A stretch of DNA of 20,000 bases from an uncultured virus (IMG/VR IMGVR_UViG_3300037493_002973) (IMGVR_UViG_3300037493_002973), one strand, 5' to 3'. Counted from the stretch's first letter, positions 8,326 through 15,659 are shown. Program-made: numbers and translations. The notes: generated from the letters alone by a model not told the origin.

Positions 8326-8697
8326 TTAGTTGTTTTTCGGTTCAATACTTTCATCTACCTCCAACAGGAACCAATCTATCCCATCTTCAAAGACTGGCAC
8401 GGGATTCATAATGTAATATCCAATAGAAACTATCTCTTTCGGGCAACATACCTGAGCTTTCTTACTTGATTTCTTACTGAGCTTCCAACCTTGTTGTTTA
8501 TCGTAAGGGTCTGCAATACCTATCGCAGGATATTCTACTCCGTTACTATCAATCGTTCTGAATACGCAGTAATCGTTGTCGTACTCCTGTAATGTACTTA
8601 CGGCTTGGGGCTGCAAGTAGAGGAGATTCATTAGTTCCGACCCGTGCATATAATTACAGGCTACACTTAGGGGATTCCTTTTTGACGGTATTGACAT
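8326..8697 (-). CDS. hypothetical protein
   Basis: 123-aa ORF with A/C-rich leader. Confidence 0.7.
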   Translation of the reverse strand: MSIPSKRNPLSVACNYMHGSELMNLLYLQPQAVSTLQEYDNDYCVFRTIDSNGVEYPAIGIADPYDKQQGWKLSKKSSKKAQVCCPKEIVSIGYYIMNPVPVFEDGIDWFLLEVDESIEPKNN

Positions 8698-8719
8698 TTG
8701 GTTGTTTTATAGTGCGTTA

Positions 8720-8866
8720 TTATCCCTTATTCCATCCCCGTCTCCATGCCGTAGCAAGGGGTTCTGTTGTGTACGGGTTTGAGACTGCTTTATTTGTTGC
8801 TTCAAAGAATGTCCAAGATATTTTACCTTGTCTTTCCGCTTGCTTGATGGTTGGTTGGCTGTTCAT
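8720..8866 (-). CDS. 48-aa Rmf/CrpP-fold-like protein (not in ORF track)
   Basis: Manual translation MNSQPTIKQAERQGKISWTFFEATNKAVSNPYTTEPLATAWRRGWNKG; ATGA-coupled to the upstream gene, AAACCATG context; AxxxG...NPY...AWxxGW pattern. Confidence 0.65.
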   Translation of the reverse strand: MNSQPTIKQAERQGKISWTFFEATNKAVSNPYTTEPLATAWRRGWNKG

Positions 8867-9057
8867 GGTTTGTTTGTTGGTTTAAGGTTTGGTTCATGCT
8901 CAAATAGGAAGTTAGCGATGTAGGATCTCCTTCGGGAGTTATTGATGGAGTCCTTGTCTTGTACTTGTTGGATGAAGACCTTCGCTCGTTCCCTTACTGA
9001 GGGACTTAGCTTTACGTTGTCTTGTATTACCTGTAGGCGTTCGATGTAGTTCTCCAT
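8863..9057 (-). CDS. hypothetical early protein
   Basis: 64-aa ORF, tightly packed. Confidence 0.7.
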   Translation of the reverse strand: MENYIERLQVIQDNVKLSPSVRERAKVFIQQVQDKDSINNSRRRSYIANFLFEHEPNLKPTNKP

Positions 9058-9059
9058 TG

Positions 9060-9413
9060 TTATTTGTTTTTTAAATCGAATGCAATTATTTCCTGAGCAA
9101 CTAACCTTCTCTTCTTAGCGTAAGGGGCGCGAACATTACACGCCATCTTGATAATGTTCTCCGCCACTTTTTCTGCATAAAAGAATTCTCGATTAGGTTC
9201 TTGGCAGTCTCCTGGCGACAACTTACCTGTGGGTACGTATGTTGGCTGCTCCTCTGTTTGATAGATTTCGGATTCCTCTTTGATTACTATTGAATTGACC
9301 GCTATTACTTGGTCTTCAAAGAAGAGGGTTTCGCGCAAGGCGAATTCAACGTCCTCTTTTTTCAACCTTGCATCTACTTCTAAAGCGATTGTTACTTGAA
9401 TTTCCTGTTTCAT
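9060..9413 (-). CDS. hypothetical early protein
   Basis: 117-aa ORF, AAGCCATG start. Confidence 0.75.
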   Translation of the reverse strand: MKQEIQVTIALEVDARLKKEDVEFALRETLFFEDQVIAVNSIVIKEESEIYQTEEQPTYVPTGKLSPGDCQEPNREFFYAEKVAENIIKMACNVRAPYAKKRRLVAQEIIAFDLKNK

Positions 9414-9425
9414 GGCTTTTAATTA

Positions 9426-10022
9426 TTAGTCTTCGTTAGTCTCTTCTTCGTCTTTCCAGTTCACGATTAACCCTACTTGGTATTGATGGGTGTCGTAAGA
9501 GTAACCCGTTGTCTCGTCTGTTGCGTAGTAGTCTATGCGGTAGTCTTGGTCGGGGTCGTAGAACACGGTTGCCGATTGTTGGTCATTATCTTCAAGTTCC
9601 GATAAGATGTCTTCTATATCATTTCTGAAAAAAATACATTGCTCGGTTGTTCTTTGCAACTCTTGCAGCGTGTCGAATTGAGTATAACCTGTAACTATTC
9701 TGAACGCAATTTCATCTGCGCTATCGCATATGTCTATCTCCGTTGTGGACTGGCTGTTTGTTGCCTTTCGGAACATCCCCTTGCGAACATCTGCTCCTTG
9801 CCTATGCCAAAGGTTCCAACCATCTCTTCTGTGTAGCATTACCCGTTGGCAGTCCTGACCTTGCTCCGAAAGTTTTTCCGCATGGGATTCTAAATCCGAA
9901 ATTGACTCAAAGGTTAGCGCATAGCGTAGGTTTGAGGGATACCCGTTGGATTGGCTTGTTGTTTCCTCGTACTTTAGTTCGTTGGCTTCTGAGTACTCAA
10001 ATGTTTTTTGATTGTTTGTCAT
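9426..10022 (-). CDS. acidic hypothetical early protein
   Basis: 198-aa ORF, D/E-rich, with ETTSxxNGYP and RRDGWNLW motifs; AAACCATG start. Confidence 0.8.
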   Translation of the reverse strand: MTNNQKTFEYSEANELKYEETTSQSNGYPSNLRYALTFESISDLESHAEKLSEQGQDCQRVMLHRRDGWNLWHRQGADVRKGMFRKATNSQSTTEIDICDSADEIAFRIVTGYTQFDTLQELQRTTEQCIFFRNDIEDILSELEDNDQQSATVFYDPDQDYRIDYYATDETTGYSYDTHQYQVGLIVNWKDEEETNED

Positions 10023-10064
10023 GGTTTTAGATTTAATTATTGGTTAAACTTAATTTAAGGCTTT

Positions 10065-10256
10065 CTACTGCCCTATCTTTTCTATTGACTGTATGTACTT
10101 CACCGCAACTGCTGTAGCAAGTTCTTCGTTATGCTGAGGCGCTCCTACGTTGGTCTTTACATGGGGCTTGGTTGTGGTGTCCACTATTGTTGCCCAAAAC
10201 ATTGTTTTTTTACTGTGCCTCTTTGTTGGGGTGCATGACGGTTTTAAGTTGTTCAT
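10065..10256 (-). CDS. small early protein, paralog of 11768..11968
   Basis: 63 aa; NLKPSCTP..ATIV..LATAVAVKYI aligns with the paralog. Confidence 0.7.
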   Translation of the reverse strand: MNNLKPSCTPTKRHSKKTMFWATIVDTTTKPHVKTNVGAPQHNEELATAVAVKYIQSIEKIGQ

Positions 10257-10273
10257 GGCTGTTGTTTTTAGAT

Positions 10274-10552
10274 TTAATTAGTACTGAGTAGGTAATTCTT
10301 TGTAATGCACGGAAAGAAGCTCCTGGCGGTTGTTGGTACGTGTTTTATTGCAATGTACTCCGTAGGCGAGAATTGATAGGCTTTCAGTCCGTGTAATTTC
10401 GGGTCGGTTGTATCTATCGGCTCTCCTTTCATTTGAATCAGTCGGTGCAACGCTATGAGTTTCCTTCCTTGTATCTCGGTTTCTGTTGTCGGGTCGCTTG
10501 TTAGGAATTGCCTAATAAGGGATTCGTGTTTGGGCTTGATGTTGGTTTTCAT
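10274..10552 (-). CDS. hypothetical early protein
   Basis: 92-aa ORF, ACACCATG start. Confidence 0.7.
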   Translation of the reverse strand: MKTNIKPKHESLIRQFLTSDPTTETEIQGRKLIALHRLIQMKGEPIDTTDPKLHGLKAYQFSPTEYIAIKHVPTTARSFFPCITKNYLLSTN

Positions 10553-10604
10553 GGTGTGTTTGTTTTGCGATTGATTGAGTAAAAAAAAGAAAAAAGTAAT
10601 ACTT

Positions 10605-10877
10605 CTAAAAAAGTCCTATGCCTAATGTATCCCCATTGCCATCTGTTAAAATCTTATATCGGCAAAAGTTATCCGTTGCATTCCAAATTCCCTTAGCTGT
10701 AAGTAGATACCATCTATTACACATTTTAAAGTACACGGGTAAGAAACACAGTCCTTTTCCCCGTAAAATTTCCGTCCTTGTCGCTCTCCTAATTATGTCG
10801 GATCCTGTTTGGGGATGTTTCGTGCGGACCAAGTGTGGAGGGTTGGTTAGTTCTCCTATTCTGTTGTTTGGGTTCAT
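10605..10877 (-). CDS. hypothetical early protein
   Basis: 90-aa ORF, AAGCCATG start. Confidence 0.65.
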   Translation of the reverse strand: MNPNNRIGELTNPPHLVRTKHPQTGSDIIRRATRTEILRGKGLCFLPVYFKMCNRWYLLTAKGIWNATDNFCRYKILTDGNGDTLGIGLF

Positions 10878-10888
10878 GGCTTGGATTG

Positions 10889-11455
10889 TTAGATGATTGC
10901 TACTTGGTCGCTCAAAAAGAGGTCTATGCTTTCTACGTCTCTTACATTTCTATTGATGGACTTCAGTACTTCAGATTTAAGAGCGTTAAAAGTCCTGTAT
11001 TTCTCGCTGCGGATTCCTTTAGGGGTTCTAAAATAGAGGTTTGCACCGAAGGAAGATATTTTGCAATCGGGGTTACTGTCTCGTCCTTTTGTTACTACAT
11101 CGAACTGGAACGCCCCTCCCGTTGTCAATCTTACGAATGCTTTTAACTGCTCCCGTCCTTCGTAGCATGAATTTAGGTGGTTAAATTCAAAATCAAATCT
11201 TGACTGAAGTTCGGGCGTAAGGCTATCAAGGCTAACTTTCTTTCCTAAATGTTTACCTATGTTTTTTCGGTCAATCTCTCCATGTAGGTAAAAACCTTCT
11301 CCTGTCTCGGACGCTCCTACATAACAGAATGAGTCGTAAAAGTGGATTCCATCGCCTGTTATGTGCCTACTTATTCTTGCTGTTGGCTCGGTATCAATAG
11401 CGGTTATTCTGTCGTATGTGGATCCTCCGTTGTCGTAAATTTTTAGATGTTTCAT
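10889..11455 (-). CDS. two-domain phage hypothetical protein
   Basis: 188 aa; N-terminal YDNGGxTxDR..HLGKKVxLxxL module followed by a second basic module. Confidence 0.8.
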   Translation of the reverse strand: MKHLKIYDNGGSTYDRITAIDTEPTARISRHITGDGIHFYDSFCYVGASETGEGFYLHGEIDRKNIGKHLGKKVSLDSLTPELQSRFDFEFNHLNSCYEGREQLKAFVRLTTGGAFQFDVVTKGRDSNPDCKISSFGANLYFRTPKGIRSEKYRTFNALKSEVLKSINRNVRDVESIDLFLSDQVAII

Positions 11456-11460
11456 GGTGT

Positions 11461-11721
11461 TTAATTGTTAATTGGTTCTACTTTTTTAAGGTCGTGGTTT
11501 TCGCGGTCTAAATAGACTGCCGACCTGACTCCTGTCGGTATCATATCAGTTATCCTATCTGTAATTTCTCGCATTGCTTGTACGTGTTCAAATATGTCTG
11601 TAGGGGTTGAAAAATTGTCTGCTATTGCTTCCGATATGTCTCCCCATAACTCATCAGATACTTTGTCGAATATGTCTGCTCGCGTGTCGTTAATTGATGT
11701 TGTAAAGTGTGGCGTTTCCAT
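11461..11721 (-). CDS. acidic hypothetical early protein
   Basis: 86-aa ORF with ATG start, in tandem with neighbours. Confidence 0.7.
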   Translation of the reverse strand: METPHFTTSINDTRADIFDKVSDELWGDISEAIADNFSTPTDIFEHVQAMREITDRITDMIPTGVRSAVYLDRENHDLKKVEPINN

Positions 11722-11767
11722 GTTTTCTATTGTTGGTTAAAATTGTTTTGACTTAAAATTAGGCTCT

Positions 11768-11968
11768 CTAACGGGTTATCTCCTTCGTTCCCTTGTCTAT
11801 ATACTCCTGAGCGTATTTCTTCGCTATATACGCGGTGGAACACATTGTAGGAAGCTTTGTCCGTGTTCCCCGTGTTGGCTTGTTGGATACTATCGTTGGA
11901 ATGTATTGGATAGTTCCGTTGTGTACCTTCGGTAGACAACTTGCTCGGAGGTTCGGGTTGGTGTTCAT
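11768..11968 (-). CDS. small early protein (start revised to 11968, 66 aa), paralog of 10065..10256
   Basis: TAG-CC-ATG directly follows the upstream stop; MNTNPNLRASCLP..PTIV..IAKKYAQEYI. Confidence 0.7.
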   Translation of the reverse strand: MNTNPNLRASCLPKVHNGTIQYIPTIVSNKPTRGTRTKLPTMCSTAYIAKKYAQEYIDKGTKEITR

Positions 11969-11970
11969 GG

Positions 11971-12243
11971 CTAAATAAAGTTGACAATGTTTTTCACTTC
12001 CTTTTTGATTTGTTTCTCGAATGAGGTTCCCTTTCCTTCGTATTGGTGGGATTCTACCTGAAGCAATGCGGTAACAATACATTTCGGGACTATCATAGGC
12101 TTGTCGTTCTCGTTCCATGCGTCTATGTCTATTGCTCCTGAGTTTAACGCTCGGTCAATTTTCTTTAGCATAAATTCATGGGATTCATTTAGCATATCAA
12201 TGCAATGTTTTTTGATTGCTTCTTTTTTCTGTTGCTCGTTCAT
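11971..12243 (-). CDS. hypothetical early protein
   Basis: 90-aa ORF, AACGCCATG leader. Confidence 0.8.
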   Translation of the reverse strand: MNEQQKKEAIKKHCIDMLNESHEFMLKKIDRALNSGAIDIDAWNENDKPMIVPKCIVTALLQVESHQYEGKGTSFEKQIKKEVKNIVNFI

Positions 12244-12263
12244 GGCGTTTAATTGTTTTGTAG

Positions 12264-12542
12264 TTAGTTAATCATTAGGTCTATCAATTCGTAATCGTTA
12301 TCCATTGCTGCCCATTGCATACGGTCTTCTTCTGTCTCTGAAAATTTAGCGTTGGACATTATCCATTGGATTGTTTTACCTGTCATTTCTGCGTAATACT
12401 CAAAATCTGCGGAGCTAAAAATATCGCAAGTTGACTCCAAAAAGTCCTGAAGATACCTTGCTTGCTCTTCCTTATCAACTTTTACTTCCCTTGCCTGTAC
12501 TTGTTGGGCTTGGCTCCATTGTATCTCGGTTTGTGCTTTCAT
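12264..12542 (-). CDS. acidic hypothetical early protein
   Basis: 92-aa ORF, AACGCCATG leader. Confidence 0.75.
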   Translation of the reverse strand: MKAQTEIQWSQAQQVQAREVKVDKEEQARYLQDFLESTCDIFSSADFEYYAEMTGKTIQWIMSNAKFSETEEDRMQWAAMDNDYELIDLMIN

Positions 12543-12561
12543 GGCGTTAATTGTTTGGTGG

Positions 12562-12714
12562 TTATTTTTTTATAGATGAAAGTGTTTTGTAATCTTCCTT
12601 CAGGCATCTGCACATTTCTTTTAGACGTTCGTTAGTGCTGTTTTTCATTCGCTCGTGCCAAAGGTCTTGTAGTGCATCTGCTATCATTATTAGTTCCTCC
12701 TTAGTGTGTTTCAT
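12562..12714 (-). CDS. 50-aa hypothetical protein (not in ORF track)
   Basis: Manual translation MKHTKEELIMIADALQDLWHERMKNSTNERLKEMCRCLKEDYKTLSSIKK; TAA-CC-ATG directly after the upstream stop. Confidence 0.7.
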   Translation of the reverse strand: MKHTKEELIMIADALQDLWHERMKNSTNERLKEMCRCLKEDYKTLSSIKK

Positions 12715-12716
12715 GG

Positions 12717-12932
12717 TTAGGCGGTTGTTAGTTCTGTTAGTACTTTCATAATTTCGTGGATCCCCGATTTTGCTTTCGGGTAATCTTTGCCTGTTAGTTC
12801 TTTCAATATGGCTTGTCTTCTGTCTTTGTTCCGTCCTGGTCCTGCTAATGAATAACCGAAATTATCAATGGCTCGGTGTTTCTCGAACGGGTCTTTTATC
12901 GCGTTAATTTGGCTTATTAGTTGTTCTTTCAT
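12717..12932 (-). CDS. hypothetical early protein
   Basis: 71-aa ORF, AACGCCATG leader, promoter just upstream. Confidence 0.75.
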   Translation of the reverse strand: MKEQLISQINAIKDPFEKHRAIDNFGYSLAGPGRNKDRRQAILKELTGKDYPKAKSGIHEIMKVLTELTTA

Positions 12933-12965
12933 GGCGTTAATTGTTTTGTGTGGTTAATAATGGGT

Positions 12966-12997
12966 CAAAGATATACTTCTTTTTTGAATATCCGAAA
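12966..12997 (-). promoter_or_regulatory. Bacteroidota primary-sigma-type promoter
   Basis: Intergenic TATCTTTG (12973-12966) matches TAnnTTTG, ending 33 nt upstream of ATG 12932. Confidence 0.7.
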
Positions 12998-13012
12998 GTA
13001 ATTCTAAAAATT

Positions 13013-13297
13013 TTACTCCTTCAGGTACTGCCTGTAGTACTTACCTGTTTTGCTCGAAATTCTACCGACATAAAAACTGCCCTTTGCTCCAATGTAGACG
13101 GGATATGTTTTTCCTTTCGCATCCGTGTATGTTTTACTCGTTAGCGTATCGGTAAAAATTTCCCGTTGTTTGCTTAGGGCGTGGAAATTCCCGTTGCTGT
13201 CTGCTTTGACGTTCTGTGCGTTGCATCCGTTTGAAAGTGCGAAGGACGCGGCAAAGATTCCTAAAATTGCTCCGATTGTTTTGGCTGTTGTTTTCAT
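13013..13297 (-). CDS. small secreted basic protein, PBCV basic-adaptor-like C-terminus
   Basis: Signal peptide ending CNA|Q; TYTDAKGKTYPVYIGAKGSFYV..KTGKYYRQY. Confidence 0.75.
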   Translation of the reverse strand: MKTTAKTIGAILGIFAASFALSNGCNAQNVKADSNGNFHALSKQREIFTDTLTSKTYTDAKGKTYPVYIGAKGSFYVGRISSKTGKYYRQYLKE

Positions 13298-13329
13298 GTT
13301 GGTTTGGTTGTTTGTTGGTTGGTTGTTTT

Positions 13330-13569
13330 TTAGTTGGTTAGTAATTCGTATTTCTTTGGCAACTTGTTGTACATTCTAATAGTGTGCCCACTGCTCCATG
13401 AGTTTAGGTAAGTCTCTTTTATTATTACTGACTTTTTACCTGTTGCGTTGGTTAGTAGAATGGTTCCCAATCCTAATACTCCTTCTTCTATTGTAATACA
13501 TTCACCTTCGTATTTATTAACGTAGGTATCAATTAAGTCCTCACATGAGGCAAGCGTGTAAATTTTCAT
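13330..13569 (-). CDS. phage hypothetical protein
   Basis: 79-aa ORF; IEEGVLGLG..IKETYLNSWSSGH..YNKLPKKY. Confidence 0.8.
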   Translation of the reverse strand: MKIYTLASCEDLIDTYVNKYEGECITIEEGVLGLGTILLTNATGKKSVIIKETYLNSWSSGHTIRMYNKLPKKYELLTN

Positions 13570-13580
13570 GTCGTTGTTTT

Positions 13581-13811
13581 TTAGTTGTTAGTTGTTTGCT
13601 CTTCGTCTTTAATGAAATACCTGTAGTAAATTCCTTTCTTGGTTCGTGCTAAGTACTTGCCTCCCTTCTCGGTGGTGTATATTGGCTCGAATTTCCTCCC
13701 TTCCCATCTTATGGTGCTGCCTGTTGTGCTATCGTGTTGGGCTGTCTCGGTCTGCGCCTGGACGTGGGCTGTTGCTGTTAGAATTAGTAAGGTGGTTAGT
13801 ATGTTTTTCAT
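13581..13811 (-). CDS. small secreted protein (start revised to 13811, 76 aa), paralog of 13013..13297
   Basis: AACGCCATG start; signal peptide MKNILTTLLILTATAHVQA|Q; PIYTTEKGGKYLARTKKGIYYRYF. Confidence 0.75.
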   Translation of the reverse strand: MKNILTTLLILTATAHVQAQTETAQHDSTTGSTIRWEGRKFEPIYTTEKGGKYLARTKKGIYYRYFIKDEEQTTNN

Positions 13812-13824
13812 GGCGTTGTTTTTT

Positions 13825-14034
13825 TTATCTTCTGTATTGGTTATCGAAATATGCTTGCTCCTGAGCTTCAATGTATCCCCTTAAGTTGTCCTCGTCTTGG
13901 TTCCCGTTTTCGGGCGTGTGGTCGGGCAAGTATGCTTTTCTCGCTCTTGGGTCGTAATTGATTAGCTGACCTTTTTTTATTGGTTTGCCTGAAGAGGCAC
14001 AAACTGAACTGAATTTTGCGAACATAGATTTCAT
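13825..14034 (-). CDS. small early protein with degenerate zinc-ribbon-like N-terminus
   Basis: AKFSSVCASSGKPIKKGQLINY resembles the AKYxxxCxxCGxxIxxG pattern with the second Cys lost; AACGCCATG leader. Confidence 0.7.
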   Translation of the reverse strand: MKSMFAKFSSVCASSGKPIKKGQLINYDPRARKAYLPDHTPENGNQDEDNLRGYIEAQEQAYFDNQYRR

Positions 14035-14057
14035 GGCGTTGTTTTTTTAGATGTTGG

Positions 14058-14441
14058 TTAAAAATTTACGTGTTGGCTAAGTGCATCGTCGAAAATTTCA
14101 TGCAAATAATCTTTTATGTCGTTCCTGTTCCTGCCTGTTATGCGTATATCGATCCCATCAAAAGAGGGTGTAACAATTACGGTGTGTTCGGTCCAACCAT
14201 CATAGTAGCCGTTCGTGTCCATGTGGTGAAATGCGGTATTTAACACGATTTTGTTCCTTGTCGTTTGTTCGCGGTCTATCGTTGTGCCTGCGTCAATCCC
14301 CGATCCTCTTGGTAGGTCTTTTTCAATGGAGTCTAAAATTTCTCCGTGTTTATTTTCCCATTCCTTGTTTCCTGTTTTGATGCAACTTTTTATTGCTTCT
14401 GCTCTGCTTGTAATTACTTGGTAAATTGGTGCTGTTCTCAT
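14058..14441 (-). CDS. phage early hypothetical protein
   Basis: 127 aa; LPRGSGID..FHHMDxNGYYDGWTEH..ITGRNRNDIKDYL. Confidence 0.85.
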   Translation of the reverse strand: MRTAPIYQVITSRAEAIKSCIKTGNKEWENKHGEILDSIEKDLPRGSGIDAGTTIDREQTTRNKIVLNTAFHHMDTNGYYDGWTEHTVIVTPSFDGIDIRITGRNRNDIKDYLHEIFDDALSQHVNF

Positions 14442-14483
14442 GGTTTCTATTTTTTAGGTTTGTTTGTTTGGTGGTTTAATTTG

Positions 14484-14537
14484 TTGGCGTGGTGGTGGGG
14501 TTTGATGTTATCGCTCCCTTAGTCCACCACGAACCAA
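14484..14537 (-). other. intergenic hairpin with internal loops (possible RNA processing site)
   Basis: CGTGGTGG (14488-14495) pairs with CCACCACG (14524-14531); extended by TTGG/CCAA outside and GGG/CCC, GAT/ATC inside. Confidence 0.55.
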
Positions 14538-14544
14538 TGTTTTT

Positions 14545-14679
14545 TTAGATGGCGCAAAAAGATCCGTTTACCTGTTCTGAAAATGCGTTAGCAACTTTGA
14601 AGGTTTTAAACTTTCGTTGTCTCATGGTAGGAAAGTCAACGTAAAAAACTACGTAATTGATTTTTTTAGGTTTTATCAT
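14545..14679 (-). CDS. 44-aa hypothetical protein (not in ORF track)
   Basis: Manual translation MIKPKKINYVVFYVDFPTMRQRKFKTFKVANAFSEQVNGSFCAI; CCATG start 15 nt after the upstream stop. Confidence 0.55.
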   Translation of the reverse strand: MIKPKKINYVVFYVDFPTMRQRKFKTFKVANAFSEQVNGSFCAI

Positions 14680-14694
14680 GGGTTCTAATGGTTT

Positions 14695-15228
14695 TTAGAT
14701 TTGTTCTCCGTCTACGGTAAATTCGTAGCCGTTGCATTCAATCGTTTCTTTTATTGCTTCATCGGAGTATAAATACTCGTATTGCTTTTGTAGAATGTCT
14801 GAATAGTCGTTCAAAATATCCTCTAAAAATTGTTCTTCGAGTTCGTCTGCTTCTTGGTCGAATTCGTAGGCGTTCTCTTCGGTAACTACATCAAAGTTTG
14901 CCCCATCTGAAAATTTCCTTACCAAAGTATCTCTTTCATTCAGGAAGTTGAACGCGGTTTTGTATGTTTCGCATTGGTTCCCGTGTTCCTTCATTATCTT
15001 GTCGGCTACTTCTGTTGCGCTATTTAGAAAAAATCCTTCCGCGTGTTTGTTTCTGTCAAGGTCAAAGGCGGTCAATTTTAGTCCTATGTTGGCTGCGTCC
15101 TCATATTCAAACTGCCACCAATTATGTTCTAAATTGATGTTTGATAATTTCCGAAGCGCTTTTTCTTTTGCTTTTTCGCTTAGTTCCTCGAAAGTGTAAA
15201 TTTCGCGTATTACTGTTTCTGTTCTCAT
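14695..15228 (-). CDS. acidic phage protein resembling the family loosely annotated as antitoxin of toxin-antitoxin stability system
   Basis: N-terminal IYTFEELSEKAKEKA and C-terminal YEYLYSDEAIKETIECNGYEFTVDG signature; highly acidic; function unverified. Confidence 0.75.
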   Translation of the reverse strand: MRTETVIREIYTFEELSEKAKEKALRKLSNINLEHNWWQFEYEDAANIGLKLTAFDLDRNKHAEGFFLNSATEVADKIMKEHGNQCETYKTAFNFLNERDTLVRKFSDGANFDVVTEENAYEFDQEADELEEQFLEDILNDYSDILQKQYEYLYSDEAIKETIECNGYEFTVDGEQI

Positions 15229-15281
15229 GGTTTTTGGTTTTTGTGGTGGTTAGTTTTTAGATGTGAATTTTTAGGTGTGAA

Positions 15282-15659
15282 TTATTTAGAGGAATAAACT
15301 TCATTTAATAGCTTCGCATACATTGGGCGGCAGGTAAGTGCGCACCTAAATTTTTCTGCTGCTTCTTTATCGGTCAATTTTCTGCCTTGCTGCTCAACTA
15401 AATTCCCCAAAATAAACCTTTTCGCTTCGTGGTCTTTCACTCTTGGACCGCTCGGCCATTTCTCGCCCTGCTCTTGCTTGTACATTGCTGCTCCCCATTT
15501 TTGGTTATCTATGGGGGCTGTAATATATTTACGGTAAAGAGAAGCAACAAAATCTTTTTGCTTCGCGGTCAAATTATTATCAGGCAAATTATCGGGCAAA
15601 TTATTATAGTCGCTAATTTCCTGGTCTGACATTCTGAACTGTGGTTGAATTGTGTACAT
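15282..15659 (-). CDS. first early gene, hypothetical protein
   Basis: 125-aa ORF directly downstream of the 15709 promoter, AAACCATG start. Confidence 0.75.
   Translation of the reverse strand: MYTIQPQFRMSDQEISDYNNLPDNLPDNNLTAKQKDFVASLYRKYITAPIDNQKWGAAMYKQEQGEKWPSGPRVKDHEAKRFILGNLVEQQGRKLTDKEAAEKFRCALTCRPMYAKLLNEVYSSK

Noticed and set aside
11727..11987. 86-aa minus-strand ORF MSTLFSHEH...
   Set aside because: The overlapping frame 11768..11968 has the CCATG context directly after the upstream stop and a paralog at 10065..10256, so it is the better call.
14484..14537. Hammerhead ribozyme or intrinsic terminator
   Set aside because: Lacks the CUGANGA and GAAA core, and has no U tract on the coding strand.
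15254..15281. 14-nt tandem duplication TTTTTAG(A/G)TGTGAA
   Set aside because: Only two copies; consistent with local slippage, no evidence of function.
1562..15629. Numerous + strand ORFs of 60-120 aa (e.g. 2810..3166, 8592..8885, 10618..10896, 14948..15199)
   Set aside because: They lie antisense to well-packed minus-strand genes, mostly with GTG/TTG starts and no recognisable motifs; shadow ORFs.
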